Origin: a bacterium
Lineage (GTDB): Bacteria; UBA8248
Assembly: GCA_965207065.1 (NCBI GenBank)
Contig: OZ242260.1
Location: forward strand, 2,976,001-3,040,000
Reading direction: 5' to 3'
Length of the DNA stretch: 64,000 nt
Shown: one piece after another, positions 37,790-47,983 of the stretch
Position numbering within the stretch: position 1 is the first letter of the stretch
How the letters are laid out: each line of letters begins with the position of its first letter
Notes under the pieces: generated by a model
The model's database searches: none
Seen by the model: the letters and a program-made list of their open reading frames with translations, nothing else
Told to the model about the DNA's origin: nothing
Translations under genes and position numbers: made by a program

Positions 37790-38800
37790 TCAACTGTCTT
37801 GTTTGTCGTTGTTTGAATTTAGTTCGGCTTGTTTTTTTCTCACATCTTGCGCTTTATGTGGTTCTGTAGTTTTGGGCAAGTGGTTTTTGAGGAATACCAA
37901 CGCGAGCCGTATCGAGTCTTCTCTCTCGCGAGGAGTTCTCCTTCTGAGAACGAAATTGTGGCCGGTGCCCTCGTAAAGTTTCAATTGAGCGTTGCCTGAC
38001 CCTCTCTCGCGCAGCTTTCTCATCATCGTGAATGATTGCTGCACGGGAATGAGCCCATCCGCCACGCCATGAAACATCAAGGTGGAAGCCTGCGTGTTCT
38101 GTATCTTGTTGGCGGGGCTGTGAAGTTCCAGATATTCTTTCCAGCGCAGCAAATCCTCTGTCGCCAGAGCGAGGACCACGGAATTGATGCGCTTTTTGAT
38201 GAGAGCCTCATAATCATATGGACCATAATAGGCTACCACGGCCTTCACGACCGGAAGCGACGCGGCCGCACGGAACGCCTTGTCCGCGCCTAGCGAGAAT
38301 CCGATGAGACCGACCTTGTTTTGTATGCAATGCGCGCTTTTCGCAAAAGCGGAAACGGCTCGGTTGATGTCTTCATTCTGGCGTTCGAAATTCGATTTTC
38401 GTTGGACGAAAGGTGTTCTGAGACCCTCGAGGTCTACCTGGTGCACCGAGTAATAATTGATGACCAAGGATGAGAATCCATGGCTCGCGAGTTTTCGGGC
38501 GTAGCGGATGTATGCCCGCCACCAACCGCCTTTTCCGTGCAGCAATACGACGCAAGGATATCTCCCGGTTCTCGAGGGACGCACCAGATATCCTGTCATC
38601 GAGGCGGTTTCGATGCTCGATGGCAGTTCGACGTAGCTTCCCTTGTGGTCGTAGTTTCCAGCAGGAGCAGGCGCCAGGTTCAGCGTGCGGGGCCGGGCGC
38701 AGCTTGTCACCATCAACACGACTAAGATGAAAAGCAAGAGGGCTCTTATGCGGATGATCTTGAAGAAGCGATGAATTATGCTAAGTACAGATCGAATCAT
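37790..38800 (-). CDS. Dienelactone hydrolase-like alpha/beta hydrolase, probable lipoprotein
   Basis: Lipobox VTSC; LLHG, GFSLG (Ser), FHGVAD (Asp) and GTGHNF (His). Confidence 0.82.
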   Translation of the reverse strand: MIRSVLSIIHRFFKIIRIRALLLFILVVLMVTSCARPRTLNLAPAPAGNYDHKGSYVELPSSIETASMTGYLVRPSRTGRYPCVVLLHGKGGWWRAYIRYARKLASHGFSSLVINYYSVHQVDLEGLRTPFVQRKSNFERQNEDINRAVSAFAKSAHCIQNKVGLIGFSLGADKAFRAAASLPVVKAVVAYYGPYDYEALIKKRINSVVLALATEDLLRWKEYLELHSPANKIQNTQASTLMFHGVADGLIPVQQSFTMMRKLRERGSGNAQLKLYEGTGHNFVLRRRTPREREDSIRLALVFLKNHLPKTTEPHKAQDVRKKQAELNSNNDKQDS

Positions 38801-38922
38801 GCGAAACCCAGTTTTTGCACGGCGGCAAAAGAATCGGCAGGTTCATACCGTCTCTGAGAATAGTCCGGGAGGACGATTTCGGCAACATCTCGGCGAATTT
38901 AGTTTATGTGAAGGAGGATTGA

Positions 38923-40263
38923 ATGTCGGCGGTGATTGATTTCCTGCGATCCAGGAGAGAGCAGAGGCTGGCGGAACTCATCGAATACCTCAAGATACCC
39001 TCTATCAGCACGTTGGGCGTCGGTGTCGAGGAGGCGGCTGCGCACCTGGTGGCGTTGATGCGTAGCGCAGGCATCGAGGCGCAGATTCTGCCGACCGAGG
39101 GTATTTCTCTTGTATACGGAGAGGTGAAGGGGCCTCCGGATGCGCCCACGATGCTCATCTATGGCCACTATGACGTTCAGCCGGCCGATATTTCCGAGGG
39201 TTGGCGTTCCGAACCATTTGAACCACAGGTGCGAGATGGCCGCCTTTATGCTCGTGGTTCAGGAGACAACAAGGGACAGCATTTCGCCCAGATCAAGGCG
39301 GTTGAAGCTTACCACCAGACGAACACGAAAATGCCCATCACCCTCAAATTTTTGATTGAAGGGGAAGAAGAGATGGGTTCGCCTAATTTGAGAAAATTCA
39401 TACAAGCGAACAAGGAGTTGTTGAAAGCCGATATCGCCTGCTCATCCGATGGCTCCGTACATCCATCGGGCAGGCCGACGCTCTCTTTGGGCTGCAGAGG
39501 ATTGCTTTATATCGAACTAATCTCGCGCGGCGTCGGAAAAGACCTCCATTCCGGGGCTTATGGAGGGCCGGCGCCGAACCCGTTCTGGCGCCTCATGGAG
39601 GCTGTGCAATGCCTGCGAGATGATGAGGGAAGGGTGCGCGTGCCGGGGTTTTATGAGTCAGTGCTTCCGATAGGGGATGCGGATCAGGATGCGCTGGAAG
39701 GAATTCCTGATCCGGAGGCGGAGCTACGGGCCGTCATTGGAGAAGGCGCCTCCCGTATTCCGGATCTTTCCGCTTTTTACAGAAAAGTTCTCACCCATCC
39801 GAACCTGAACATTTGTGGATTTCAAGGAGGGTATTCCAACGATGGCATGAAAACGGTCCTGCCAGGTTCCGCGCGGGCCAAGCTGGATTTCCGCCTCGTC
39901 GTGGAGCAGGACCCGGACAAGCTGTTCGGGGATGTGTGTTCATTTTTGAGAGCAGAAGGTTTCGATGATATCGAAGTACGCAAGATGGCCACGTTCGACC
40001 CGAGCAAAACGCCTGCGGACAACCTCTATGTACAAAAGGTGATCCAAGCCGTCGGCGGTTACGGGGTTGAACCGGTCATCTATCCCAATTTCGGCGGCAG
40101 CGTTCCCGACAGCATGTTCACGAGAGACTTAGGGGTTCCGTCCGTCTGGTTCCCCCTTGCCAACGCGGATTCGAACGCTCATGCGCCTGATGAGAACATT
40201 GACGTAGAGATTTTTCATCGTGGATGCGAGATTGCGGCGACTCTCATGGGAGGATTCGCTTGA
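38923..40263 (+). CDS. M20/M25/M40 family metallopeptidase
   Basis: YGHYDVQP, ARGSGDNKGQ, IEGEEEMGS, DLHSG and AHAPDEN motifs. Confidence 0.93.
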   Translation: MSAVIDFLRSRREQRLAELIEYLKIPSISTLGVGVEEAAAHLVALMRSAGIEAQILPTEGISLVYGEVKGPPDAPTMLIYGHYDVQPADISEGWRSEPFEPQVRDGRLYARGSGDNKGQHFAQIKAVEAYHQTNTKMPITLKFLIEGEEEMGSPNLRKFIQANKELLKADIACSSDGSVHPSGRPTLSLGCRGLLYIELISRGVGKDLHSGAYGGPAPNPFWRLMEAVQCLRDDEGRVRVPGFYESVLPIGDADQDALEGIPDPEAELRAVIGEGASRIPDLSAFYRKVLTHPNLNICGFQGGYSNDGMKTVLPGSARAKLDFRLVVEQDPDKLFGDVCSFLRAEGFDDIEVRKMATFDPSKTPADNLYVQKVIQAVGGYGVEPVIYPNFGGSVPDSMFTRDLGVPSVWFPLANADSNAHAPDENIDVEIFHRGCEIAATLMGGFA

Positions 40264-40763
40264 AGCACCCGCTCTGGACGATAGGCCACAGCAACCACTG
40301 CGCGGAGAAATTCCTTGACTTGCTAGCTCGTCATGAGATCGCATGCGTTGTGGATGTTCGCAGCATCCCCTACAGCAGGAGAAATCCACAGTTCAGTAGA
40401 GAGAAGATGAGACAAAGCCTCTCATCGCGAAATATCGCATACGTCTGGGAAGGAGAGGCGCTGGGCGGGAAACGCAACTTTAGTGAAAACCCAGAATTCT
40501 TTGACTCTGATGGGCGCATCGACTGGAAGAAAGTGAGGCGTGATGAGAGTTTCATCCTTGCGATGGAGCGCTTGAGAAAGCAAGTGGGAAAAGAACCCAC
40601 GGCGGTTCTTTGTGCGGAGGAGAACCCGAGAAACTGTCATCGCCTGCATCTGGTATCGGCGGCCTGGACGGAGAGTTGTGACGAAAACATTTCGCACATT
40701 CGCGGGCACGGGCGTGTGGAGACACACGCGCAAATGGTTCCGCAGCCCGAATTGTTTTGTTGA
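40260..40763 (+). CDS. DUF488 family protein
   Basis: WTIGHSN, VDVRSIPYSR, LGG and LCAEENPRNCHR motifs; TTG start overlaps the upstream stop. Confidence 0.88.
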   Translation: MKHPLWTIGHSNHCAEKFLDLLARHEIACVVDVRSIPYSRRNPQFSREKMRQSLSSRNIAYVWEGEALGGKRNFSENPEFFDSDGRIDWKKVRRDESFILAMERLRKQVGKEPTAVLCAEENPRNCHRLHLVSAAWTESCDENISHIRGHGRVETHAQMVPQPELFC

Positions 40764-40836
40764 TAATTCTCCCATACCCTGTCGATAGGCGTCTTTTCGC
40801 GGCCAGTGAGCTTTCATCCGTTCATATGAGGAATTC

Positions 40837-42909
40837 ATGAATCAGCCCCTGCAGAAGAACCGCCTCGCACAGGAGACGAGCCCGTACCTCTTGCAGCATC
40901 AATACAATCCGGTGCAGTGGTATCCCTGGGGCGAGGATGCGCTCCGCAAATCAAGAGAAGAGAACAAACCCATTTTCTTGTCCGTCGGCTATTCCGCCTG
41001 CCATTGGTGCCACGTGATGGAGCATGAGAGTTTCGAGGATGAGGGGATCGCTGAAATACTGAACAAGCATTTCGTTTCCATCAAGGTGGACCGGGAAGAA
41101 CGGCCTGATATCGACGGTATCTATATGGAAGCGGTGCAGATGATGACGGGCCAGGGCGGTTGGCCGATGAGCGTTTTCCTGCTCCCGGATTTGAGGCCCT
41201 TCTTCGGGGGCACGTATTTTCCGCCGGATGACAAATGGGGGAGGCCCGGCTTCAAAAACGTGCTCTTGAGGCTGGCCGAAGTTTATCAAACGAGACAGGA
41301 CGATTTGCATACGAACGCAGAAAGCATCACTGCGAATCTGCAGCAAATGGGGGTCGTAACGCCTGCGGAAGGTGATTTGAAAACGGAGTGGATCGACCAG
41401 GCCGCTCAGGAACTCAAAGATCGATTCGATTCCACCTGGGGCGGTTTCGGGAACGCTCCCAAATTCCCGCCCTCCATGGCGCTGATGCTACTTTTAAGAA
41501 AATGGAAGCGGTCCCCGGATCAGGAATTGCTGAAGATGGTCGAGATAACGCTTCAAAGAATGGCGCTGGGCGGGATGTATGATCAACTCGGCGGCGGTTT
41601 TCACCGCTACAGCGTGGATGCTTACTGGCTCATTCCGCACTTCGAGAAAATGCTTTATGACAACGGCCTTCTCGCCAGAGTCTACCTCGAGGCCTACCAG
41701 GCGACGGGAAGCGCGTTTTACCGCTCCGTGGTGGCGGATACCCTCGATTACGTTTTGCGCGAGATGACCAGCCCGGGCGGGGGATTCTACTCCGCGCAGG
41801 ACGCCGACAGCGAGGGTGAGGAGGGCAAGTTCTTCGTATGGCGTCCTGAGGAGATAGAAGAGATTCTCGGCAAAGAAGAAGCTGACATATTCTGCCGGTT
41901 CTACAGCGTGACGGAAGAGGGGAACTTCGAGGGCAAAACCTCCGCCTTGTTCATTCAGAAACCACCTCGCGTTTTCGCTGAGGAGTCGGGGATCACGGAG
42001 GAGAAGCTCTTTGAAGTCTTACAAAGAGGGCGCGCAAAACTCTTCGCCGAGCGGGAAAAACGTGTGAAACCTGGTCTGGACGATAAAATTCTTACGAGTT
42101 GGAACGGGCTCATGATCGGCTCGATGGCTATGGCGGGCAGGATTCTGGAACACCCCCCCTATGTGGAAGAAGCGGGCAAGGCGGCGGATTTTATTTTGAA
42201 CAACATGCGCGATGAACGCGGATTGCAGAGAAGCCACCGGGAGGGTGTGAGCAAGTTCAACGCGTATCTGGATGATTATGCTTTTCTGATCCTGGGCCTG
42301 GTAGATTTGTACGAGGCGAGCTTCGAGCCCCGGTGGATTCGAGCGGCCTCTGATTTGGCGCGGGAGATGATATCGCGCTATTGGGATGATGAAGGGGGCG
42401 CATTCTTCTTTACGGCCCACGATCATGAACAGCTCATCGTGAGGAAGAAGATGACGCAAGACGGCGCCGTTCCGAGCGGGAACTCGATGGCGGCGCTGGC
42501 GTTACTGAAGCTGGCGAAACTCTCGGGCGAGACGGAATTCGCAAAACGCGGCGAGGAAGTTTTGCGCTCGTTCGGCGATTATTTGGGCCGCGTTCCGGCC
42601 GCCTTCCACATGATGCTGGTGGCGCTTGATTTTCATCTGGATTCCCCGGTGGAGGTGGCGATTGTCGGTGAGAAAAACGCAGAAGATACACAAGCGGCCC
42701 TCAGGGTCGTTGATTCCCGCTTCATTCCCAATAAAGTATTGGCTCTCAAGTCCGAATCATCAGGCGAAGAAGCAGATGCCACAGTGCCTCTGCTCGATGG
42801 AAAGGCCATGGTGGAGGGACGAGCCGCCGTCTACTTGTGTGAAAATTTCACGTGCAAGGAGCCTCTTACGGACCTAAGCGCAATTGAGAAAGCGCTCGAG
42901 AGCGGTTGA
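40837..42909 (+). CDS. Thioredoxin domain-containing protein (YyaL/SPATA20 family)
   Basis: [37 protein letters not shown] and DADSEG motifs. Confidence 0.93.
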   Translation: MNQPLQKNRLAQETSPYLLQHQYNPVQWYPWGEDALRKSREENKPIFLSVGYSACHWCHVMEHESFEDEGIAEILNKHFVSIKVDREERPDIDGIYMEAVQMMTGQGGWPMSVFLLPDLRPFFGGTYFPPDDKWGRPGFKNVLLRLAEVYQTRQDDLHTNAESITANLQQMGVVTPAEGDLKTEWIDQAAQELKDRFDSTWGGFGNAPKFPPSMALMLLLRKWKRSPDQELLKMVEITLQRMALGGMYDQLGGGFHRYSVDAYWLIPHFEKMLYDNGLLARVYLEAYQATGSAFYRSVVADTLDYVLREMTSPGGGFYSAQDADSEGEEGKFFVWRPEEIEEILGKEEADIFCRFYSVTEEGNFEGKTSALFIQKPPRVFAEESGITEEKLFEVLQRGRAKLFAEREKRVKPGLDDKILTSWNGLMIGSMAMAGRILEHPPYVEEAGKAADFILNNMRDERGLQRSHREGVSKFNAYLDDYAFLILGLVDLYEASFEPRWIRAASDLAREMISRYWDDEGGAFFFTAHDHEQLIVRKKMTQDGAVPSGNSMAALALLKLAKLSGETEFAKRGEEVLRSFGDYLGRVPAAFHMMLVALDFHLDSPVEVAIVGEKNAEDTQAALRVVDSRFIPNKVLALKSESSGEEADATVPLLDGKAMVEGRAAVYLCENFTCKEPLTDLSAIEKALESG

Positions 42910-42914
42910 ATCGT

Positions 42915-43577
42915 TCATTTCGCCCGTACGATGAATGCCCCGTACCCGTTGCGCTGCAGCTTTTCCACCAATCGCTTCGCTTTACTCTCGCCGACAAGGC
43001 CTTTGATCTGCACGTGGTAGTGGGCGTAGTTTCCATGCCACCCGGGCCGAATTTCCGACGTTGTGCCGTTTCTATGAAAGTAATCGGCGAATTCTTGCGC
43101 CTCCGGTTTTTCCATAAACCCGCCCACCAGGATCATCCACTTGGGGTTCGGCTCTCGGGGAATATAGAGGGGTTCAATGGAAACCTCGGTGGTGCCCCTG
43201 CGCAGCATCCCGATTCTACGGGCCGCCTCTCGAGAAAGGTCGATAACGCGGTTTATGAAAAAAGGCCCACGATCGTTGATTCGCACTTGCACTACCCGCC
43301 CATCGTCGCTTCTACGAACTCTGACGATGGAACCGAAGGGCAGGGTGCGGTGCGCGGCGGTGAGGGCGTGCATGTCGTAGGTTTCACCATTTGCCGTTTT
43401 GCGCCCGTGGTAGGGATTGCCATACCACGAGGCGATGCCGTGGGTACCGCCCCCTTCGATGTCATCACTCCTTTGAGTGGGCAGAAAGCTGCATCCACTC
43501 AGGAGAAAGGAAATTGCGAGGCTGATGATAAGAGCCCGCAAGGGGAGAGCATACGAAGGGTTGGTCATTAAATTCAT
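42915..43577 (-). CDS. rlpA: Septal ring lytic transglycosylase RlpA family lipoprotein with SPOR-like domain
   Basis: Lipobox LSGC; GIASWYG, TAAHRTLPFG, INDRGPF and IDLSREAA motifs. Confidence 0.9.
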   Translation of the reverse strand: MNLMTNPSYALPLRALIISLAISFLLSGCSFLPTQRSDDIEGGGTHGIASWYGNPYHGRKTANGETYDMHALTAAHRTLPFGSIVRVRRSDDGRVVQVRINDRGPFFINRVIDLSREAARRIGMLRRGTTEVSIEPLYIPREPNPKWMILVGGFMEKPEAQEFADYFHRNGTTSEIRPGWHGNYAHYHVQIKGLVGESKAKRLVEKLQRNGYGAFIVRAK

Positions 43578-43700
43578 CGGGATACGTCTGGGGCGGATTT
43601 CGTAAAAAGACGAAGTTATTATATCAGTTTCATCCGGCGCTGCCATAGAAGCGCGTCTTTCGGACGAATTTTGCAAAATCGCGGTTATCGTGGCCTCATG

Positions 43701-44342
43701 CTAGTTTCGGTGCCTGGAGAATGCCTCACCAATGCTCATGCCTTTATCGAGTTCCGCGATGATTTTTTCTTCGATTTCCGCCAGCTCATCCATCTTGTCG
43801 ATGACTTCTTCGAGCCTTTCCCCGGGGATGACGACAACGCCGTTGACGTCGCCAAGAATGATGTCTCCCTGCCTCACCGCGACGCCCCCGCAATTGATCG
43901 GCTCTCCCACACTGATGGGAACCGTATACCCACCGCTGCCGTGAACCGATACCCCTCTGGCGAATACGGGAAAACCCGCCTGGCGGTGTTCTTCGATGTC
44001 CCTTGCCCTGCCGTCCAGGACGACGCCACCTAAATTCATCACCTTCGCGCGCGTGGTCATCATCCCGCCCCAGTTGGCCGTCGTGACTCCGGGCGGGATG
44101 CTGATGACGACGATGCTCCCCTCGGGCGCCGCGTCGATGTGGTGTACCTCGCGTTTGGGCAGCGGTCCGCCGCCGGCGGGAACCATTCGAACGTTATGGG
44201 CTTCCCCCACCATCCTGTAATCCGGGTCGGGCGACAACAGGATGATGTCGGGCATGTGGCCCCTGATTTTCAATTTGTCAAAAGCGTCCGCTACCTGACA
44301 GGCTGAATAGCCCCTTAAGCGATTTACCAAGTCATTGCTCAT
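43701..44342 (-). CDS. RraA/HMG aldolase family protein
   Basis: VADAFD, ANWGGMM, DGRARD, FPVFA and GDIILGDVNGVVVIP motifs. Confidence 0.9.
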   Translation of the reverse strand: MSNDLVNRLRGYSACQVADAFDKLKIRGHMPDIILLSPDPDYRMVGEAHNVRMVPAGGGPLPKREVHHIDAAPEGSIVVISIPPGVTTANWGGMMTTRAKVMNLGGVVLDGRARDIEEHRQAGFPVFARGVSVHGSGGYTVPISVGEPINCGGVAVRQGDIILGDVNGVVVIPGERLEEVIDKMDELAEIEEKIIAELDKGMSIGEAFSRHRN

Positions 44343-44427
44343 GAAATTCTCCTGAATCAGTCGTGCCGGAAGAAATTGGCGTCAAATTGTGAAGGGAATG
44401 ATACTCGTTTCGTCGAAAGATTGGGGT

Positions 44428-45180
44428 CTAAAAACGGAATTCCGTAAAGCGTACGCCATCCGGGTCGAGTTCCTCCAGGGCATCCAGTTCTTCGGCGCTT
44501 GGCGCGTGGGTTTGCGCCACGACGCTCGGGCGTTCCAGTTCGAAGCCGGTATTCTTGATCACTTCATCCACCGAGTGTCCAGGGTGAACACTGGCAATCT
44601 CGAGCCCGGTGGATTTTTTCTCGAACAAGGCAATGGGCGTCACCAAGTGGCTCAGTCTGCCTGATTGGGTAGAGAAGTCGACCCGGGGTACGAGAAATCG
44701 CCTGTCGTGCACAGTTCGCCATATGACGGTGCGTTTCACCTGAGGCATGATGACGGCGCCTCCCCCTCCACCGGGAAGCCTCACTTTCGGCTGGAACGGG
44801 TCGCCGATGTAGCTCATGTTGGCTCGCCCTTGTTTGTCGAGTTGAGCGGCTCCCAGGAAAGCCATGTCCACCCCGCCGCGCGCAAAAAGATCGTACATGT
44901 CCGGGTTGTAGAACATAGATGCCGCACCGTGGCAGAGTTCAGGGTCGGCCGTGCTGTTCGGCATGAAGCGCGGTTTTGGGTCCACCGAACCAGCGACTTC
45001 TATGAGCGAGCAATTGGGGGCATGTCGTTTCTTGGCCAAAAAGATCGCGATCATGGGAAGCGGGGAGTTAACCCCGTGAAACACATTCTCGCCGTCTTCG
45101 ATGAGGCGCGAGAGCGTGACGGCCATCTGGTTTCCGGCGCGGATTACGTGCTCGGGCAACGAGGCCAGGCGGCTGCCCAT
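44428..45180 (-). CDS. Class I CoA-transferase-fold beta subunit (GctB/PcaJ-like)
   Basis: FLGAAQLDKQGRAN, RLPGGGG, LVTPIALF and SVHPG...NTGF motifs. Confidence 0.88.
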   Translation of the reverse strand: MGSRLASLPEHVIRAGNQMAVTLSRLIEDGENVFHGVNSPLPMIAIFLAKKRHAPNCSLIEVAGSVDPKPRFMPNSTADPELCHGAASMFYNPDMYDLFARGGVDMAFLGAAQLDKQGRANMSYIGDPFQPKVRLPGGGGGAVIMPQVKRTVIWRTVHDRRFLVPRVDFSTQSGRLSHLVTPIALFEKKSTGLEIASVHPGHSVDEVIKNTGFELERPSVVAQTHAPSAEELDALEELDPDGVRFTEFRF

Positions 45181-45182
45181 CG

Positions 45183-46010
45183 CTAATTTGTCACCGCATC
45201 TTGTGCGTGTGATTCGTCGGTGCTGGCCAGATATTCCCGAAGCCCGTTCTGGCTTTGGGTCAAGGTCATGTAACGACTCATTTCAGTTTTGTCGACCCCA
45301 TAGTATGGGTGGCAACTGCAGGGAGACGCCCCGCCCGGCGTTTCCACGACTGCTTTGACGAGGAAGCCTGGAATAGTGGTTCTCTCCGGTTCCGCTGCGA
45401 TCTCTTCAGAGCCAACGATTTTTTCGGTCGTGAGAATGACCCCTTTTTGCGCCGCGCGCGTCATTTCAACGTCGAATTGCTGGTTGCCCAGGATTTGCGC
45501 GTTTCCCTGCGGGTCAGACTTCTGGACGTGTATCAATGCCCAGTCCGGCTTGAGAGCGGGAATCGCATAGAGTTCCTCTTTCGTGTAGGGGTCTTCCATC
45601 GTGAAGATGCCGCTTTGCTCCGGGATGTCGCTCCCGTCGAAACCGCGAATGGGCTGGAAGGGAACGCCGTAGGCTGCGGCCCGCAGCCCAGCAAGAACGC
45701 TGGCTCAGGCGTGCTCGGTCAGGCCGGCAAGTCCTTTCTCTATCGCCTTCCGGTAGTGAGGCGCCAATCCGAATTCCGCCTCGAAGGTGACGATGCCGCT
45801 GATGATTCTCTTCACGGCCCCTGCGGCGCAAAGGAGATCGGCGTCGTAACCGGGAGAGGGTTTGATGAGCGTGAGATCCCGAAGGTCCGCGCGCGCGATT
45901 TCACGGATGAGGGCGGCGGGCGTTCTGTGCAAGAGGGTGCCGCCGGGACTTATTGCGTCTCCTCCTTCAATGAGAGAAACGGCTTCTCGTAAGGACATTT
46001 GCTTGCTCAT
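45183..46010 (-). CDS. Class I CoA-transferase-fold alpha subunit with in-frame TGA at codon 102; candidate selenoprotein (275 aa on readthrough)
   Basis: ORFs 45705-46055 and 45183-45599 are in the same frame, joined by ...LTEHA[TGA]ASVLAGLRAAAYGVPFQPIRGFDGSDI...; downstream PDWALIHVQKSD..GNA and PGGASP motifs. Confidence 0.8.
45666..45692 (-). promoter_or_regulatory. Candidate bacterial SECIS element
   Basis: mRNA GCUG-GGCUGCG-GGC-CGCAGCC-UA-CGGC at +13 to +39 after the UGA; 7-bp perfect upper stem; G-starting apical loop at +24. Confidence 0.55.
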
Positions 46011-46242
46011 GGCAGCTTCCATCCACTCGTTTTGGGCGCATGATGTGGGCAACACAAATTATGGGGCATAGTTTAACAAATGTTGATGATTTGTGCTTGC
46101 GCTCATGCGCCTTCATGCCGTCAGAGAAGTGAATTTGACGCATTCATTGACCGAGAACCCGGTGTGGCGTAAATATCGATGAGATGAGAGTTGCTCTCAT
46201 GCGCAAGTATACTTCCAGATGAATCAATCGAAGGAGCATGGA

Positions 46243-46755
46243 ATGCCACGGATTTCCTTGTTAGAGCCCGAGCAGGCGGAAGCATCCGCGAAACGCATCA
46301 TGGAGAATCTGAAAAAACAATTCGGTGTCGTGATTCCGCCTGTGAAGGCACTGGCCCACAAACCGGATTTTTTGCGTTCTTTGCTGAGCTTGACCACGGT
46401 GGCGGACGGCCCGGGGGAGATCGACGTCGGCTTCAAGGAAATCTTGAACATTCGCGCATCGGTGCTCAACGGGTGTCATTTTTGCACCAACATGCATTCC
46501 AACATGGCAAGGATGCACAAGGCAGGAGACGAGAAGACGAAAGCCGCGCAAGAGGGTTCCTCGAGTGACGTCTTCGATGAGAAGGAGAAGGCGGCGCTTC
46601 GCCTTTGCGAGGAGAGCACGCAGGGGGTGAGCGTTTCGGACGGGACGTTTGAAGCGCTGAAGGCACACTATTCTGAAGCGCAGATAGTGGAGCTTCTCGG
46701 CGCCATCGCACTCATCAACACCTGGAATCGACTGATCGTGGGAATGGGCTTTTAA
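46243..46755 (+). CDS. Carboxymuconolactone decarboxylase / AhpD-like protein
   Basis: KEILNIRASVLNGCHFCTNMH, EKEKAAL, QIVEL and NTWNR motifs; AAGGAG RBS. Confidence 0.9.
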   Translation: MPRISLLEPEQAEASAKRIMENLKKQFGVVIPPVKALAHKPDFLRSLLSLTTVADGPGEIDVGFKEILNIRASVLNGCHFCTNMHSNMARMHKAGDEKTKAAQEGSSSDVFDEKEKAALRLCEESTQGVSVSDGTFEALKAHYSEAQIVELLGAIALINTWNRLIVGMGF

Positions 46756-46802
46756 TACGAAGACCTAAATAATTACCAACCATGTAGGCTGCGAACGAGA
46801 TT

Positions 46803-47981
46803 TTAGAGGCTTAATGCGGCCCTGCTGACCGTGAGTTCGGTTTCTCCGAGAAGCTCCGATGTCGTGAGTTTACCGCTCATCACCGCTATCAGTTCTTTTT
46901 CGAGCAGATCTCTCGCCTCATCGATTCGCATCGTCCCCTCCATGACGCCGCTGATGTCCACGTCGATGTTCTCGGCCATCGACCGCGCGGTACGGGGATT
47001 GCCGGTCACTTTGATGGTGGGAGAGATGGGATGGCCGATGGGGTTGCCGATTCCGGTCGAGAAAACGATCGCCTGCGCTCCGCTGGCCGCCAAAGAGGAA
47101 ATGTTCTCTACGCCCGCGCAGGGAGCGTCGGCGAAGATGGTGCCTTTCTTCGAAGGACGCTCTCCCACACCGACGACTTCGACAATGGGGTGACTGCCCG
47201 CTTTCTTGATGGCTCCCAGGCTTTTCTCCTCGATGGACGACAGACCGCCCCGGATGTTATCCGGCGCCGGGTTCGAGCCGATGAAGTCGACGCCGATGCT
47301 TTCGGCGTAATCGACGGCGCTCTTTGCGGAATCGATGATTTTTCGCGCCGTTTTTTTGTTTGTAGCCCGGCGGGCGAGTAGATGCTCGGCGCCCACGATT
47401 TCCAGCGTCTCGGAAAAGATAACCGAACCCCCCGCTTCCACGACTCTGTCGGCGACCATGCCCGTCACGGGGTTCGAGATGACGCCGCTGGTCGTATCCG
47501 AGCCTCCGCATTCCGCCCCGATGGTGAGTTCGCCCAACTCACAGCGGACTCGCTTGGCCGATGCGAGATGGGCGGAAAGTTTCGTGGCGAGTTCCACGAC
47601 ATGCGAGGTGGTGCTGAGCGTGCCTCCAATCTCCTGGATGTTCACGGCTTCTATGGGCATCCAGGGAGACGTTTTTGCGGCTACTTCCGCGATGGCGTTG
47701 GCGCTCTTGGGTTCGAGGCTCACGATGATGGCGGCCCCGACGTTCGGGTGGGCGGCGGTGTGTCCCATAACCCGCCAGTGTTGCGTCTCGTCCTCGCCCA
47801 TCAGGGCGCGTCCGAACGAGGTGTTGACAGGGGTGGCGTCTCGCACCAGCGAACCGATTCTGCGGACGATGGGGTTGGAATTGTCCATTCCGCTGACGAT
47901 GGCGAGATGATTCCGGCCACCCGGAGGACCTTCAAGTCTCCTGTAGCCCCAGAAAGTGGGAGTTGCTTTTTTCCGGGCCAT
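46803..47981 (-). CDS. UxaA/GarD/SuyB family lyase, large subunit (sulfolactate sulfo-lyase beta-like)
   Basis: FWGYRR, HPNVGA, ECGGSDTTSG, FSET, GGLSSIEEKSLGA and FSTGIG motifs. Confidence 0.85.
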   Translation of the reverse strand: MARKKATPTFWGYRRLEGPPGGRNHLAIVSGMDNSNPIVRRIGSLVRDATPVNTSFGRALMGEDETQHWRVMGHTAAHPNVGAAIIVSLEPKSANAIAEVAAKTSPWMPIEAVNIQEIGGTLSTTSHVVELATKLSAHLASAKRVRCELGELTIGAECGGSDTTSGVISNPVTGMVADRVVEAGGSVIFSETLEIVGAEHLLARRATNKKTARKIIDSAKSAVDYAESIGVDFIGSNPAPDNIRGGLSSIEEKSLGAIKKAGSHPIVEVVGVGERPSKKGTIFADAPCAGVENISSLAASGAQAIVFSTGIGNPIGHPISPTIKVTGNPRTARSMAENIDVDISGVMEGTMRIDEARDLLEKELIAVMSGKLTTSELLGETELTVSRAALSL

Positions 47982-47983
47982 GC

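Noticed and set aside
45705-45707. TGA as evidence of a genome-wide alternative code (TGA=Trp/Gly)
   Set aside because: TGA terminates many complete genes in the window (e.g. leuS, vapC, livG) and Trp is encoded by TGG.
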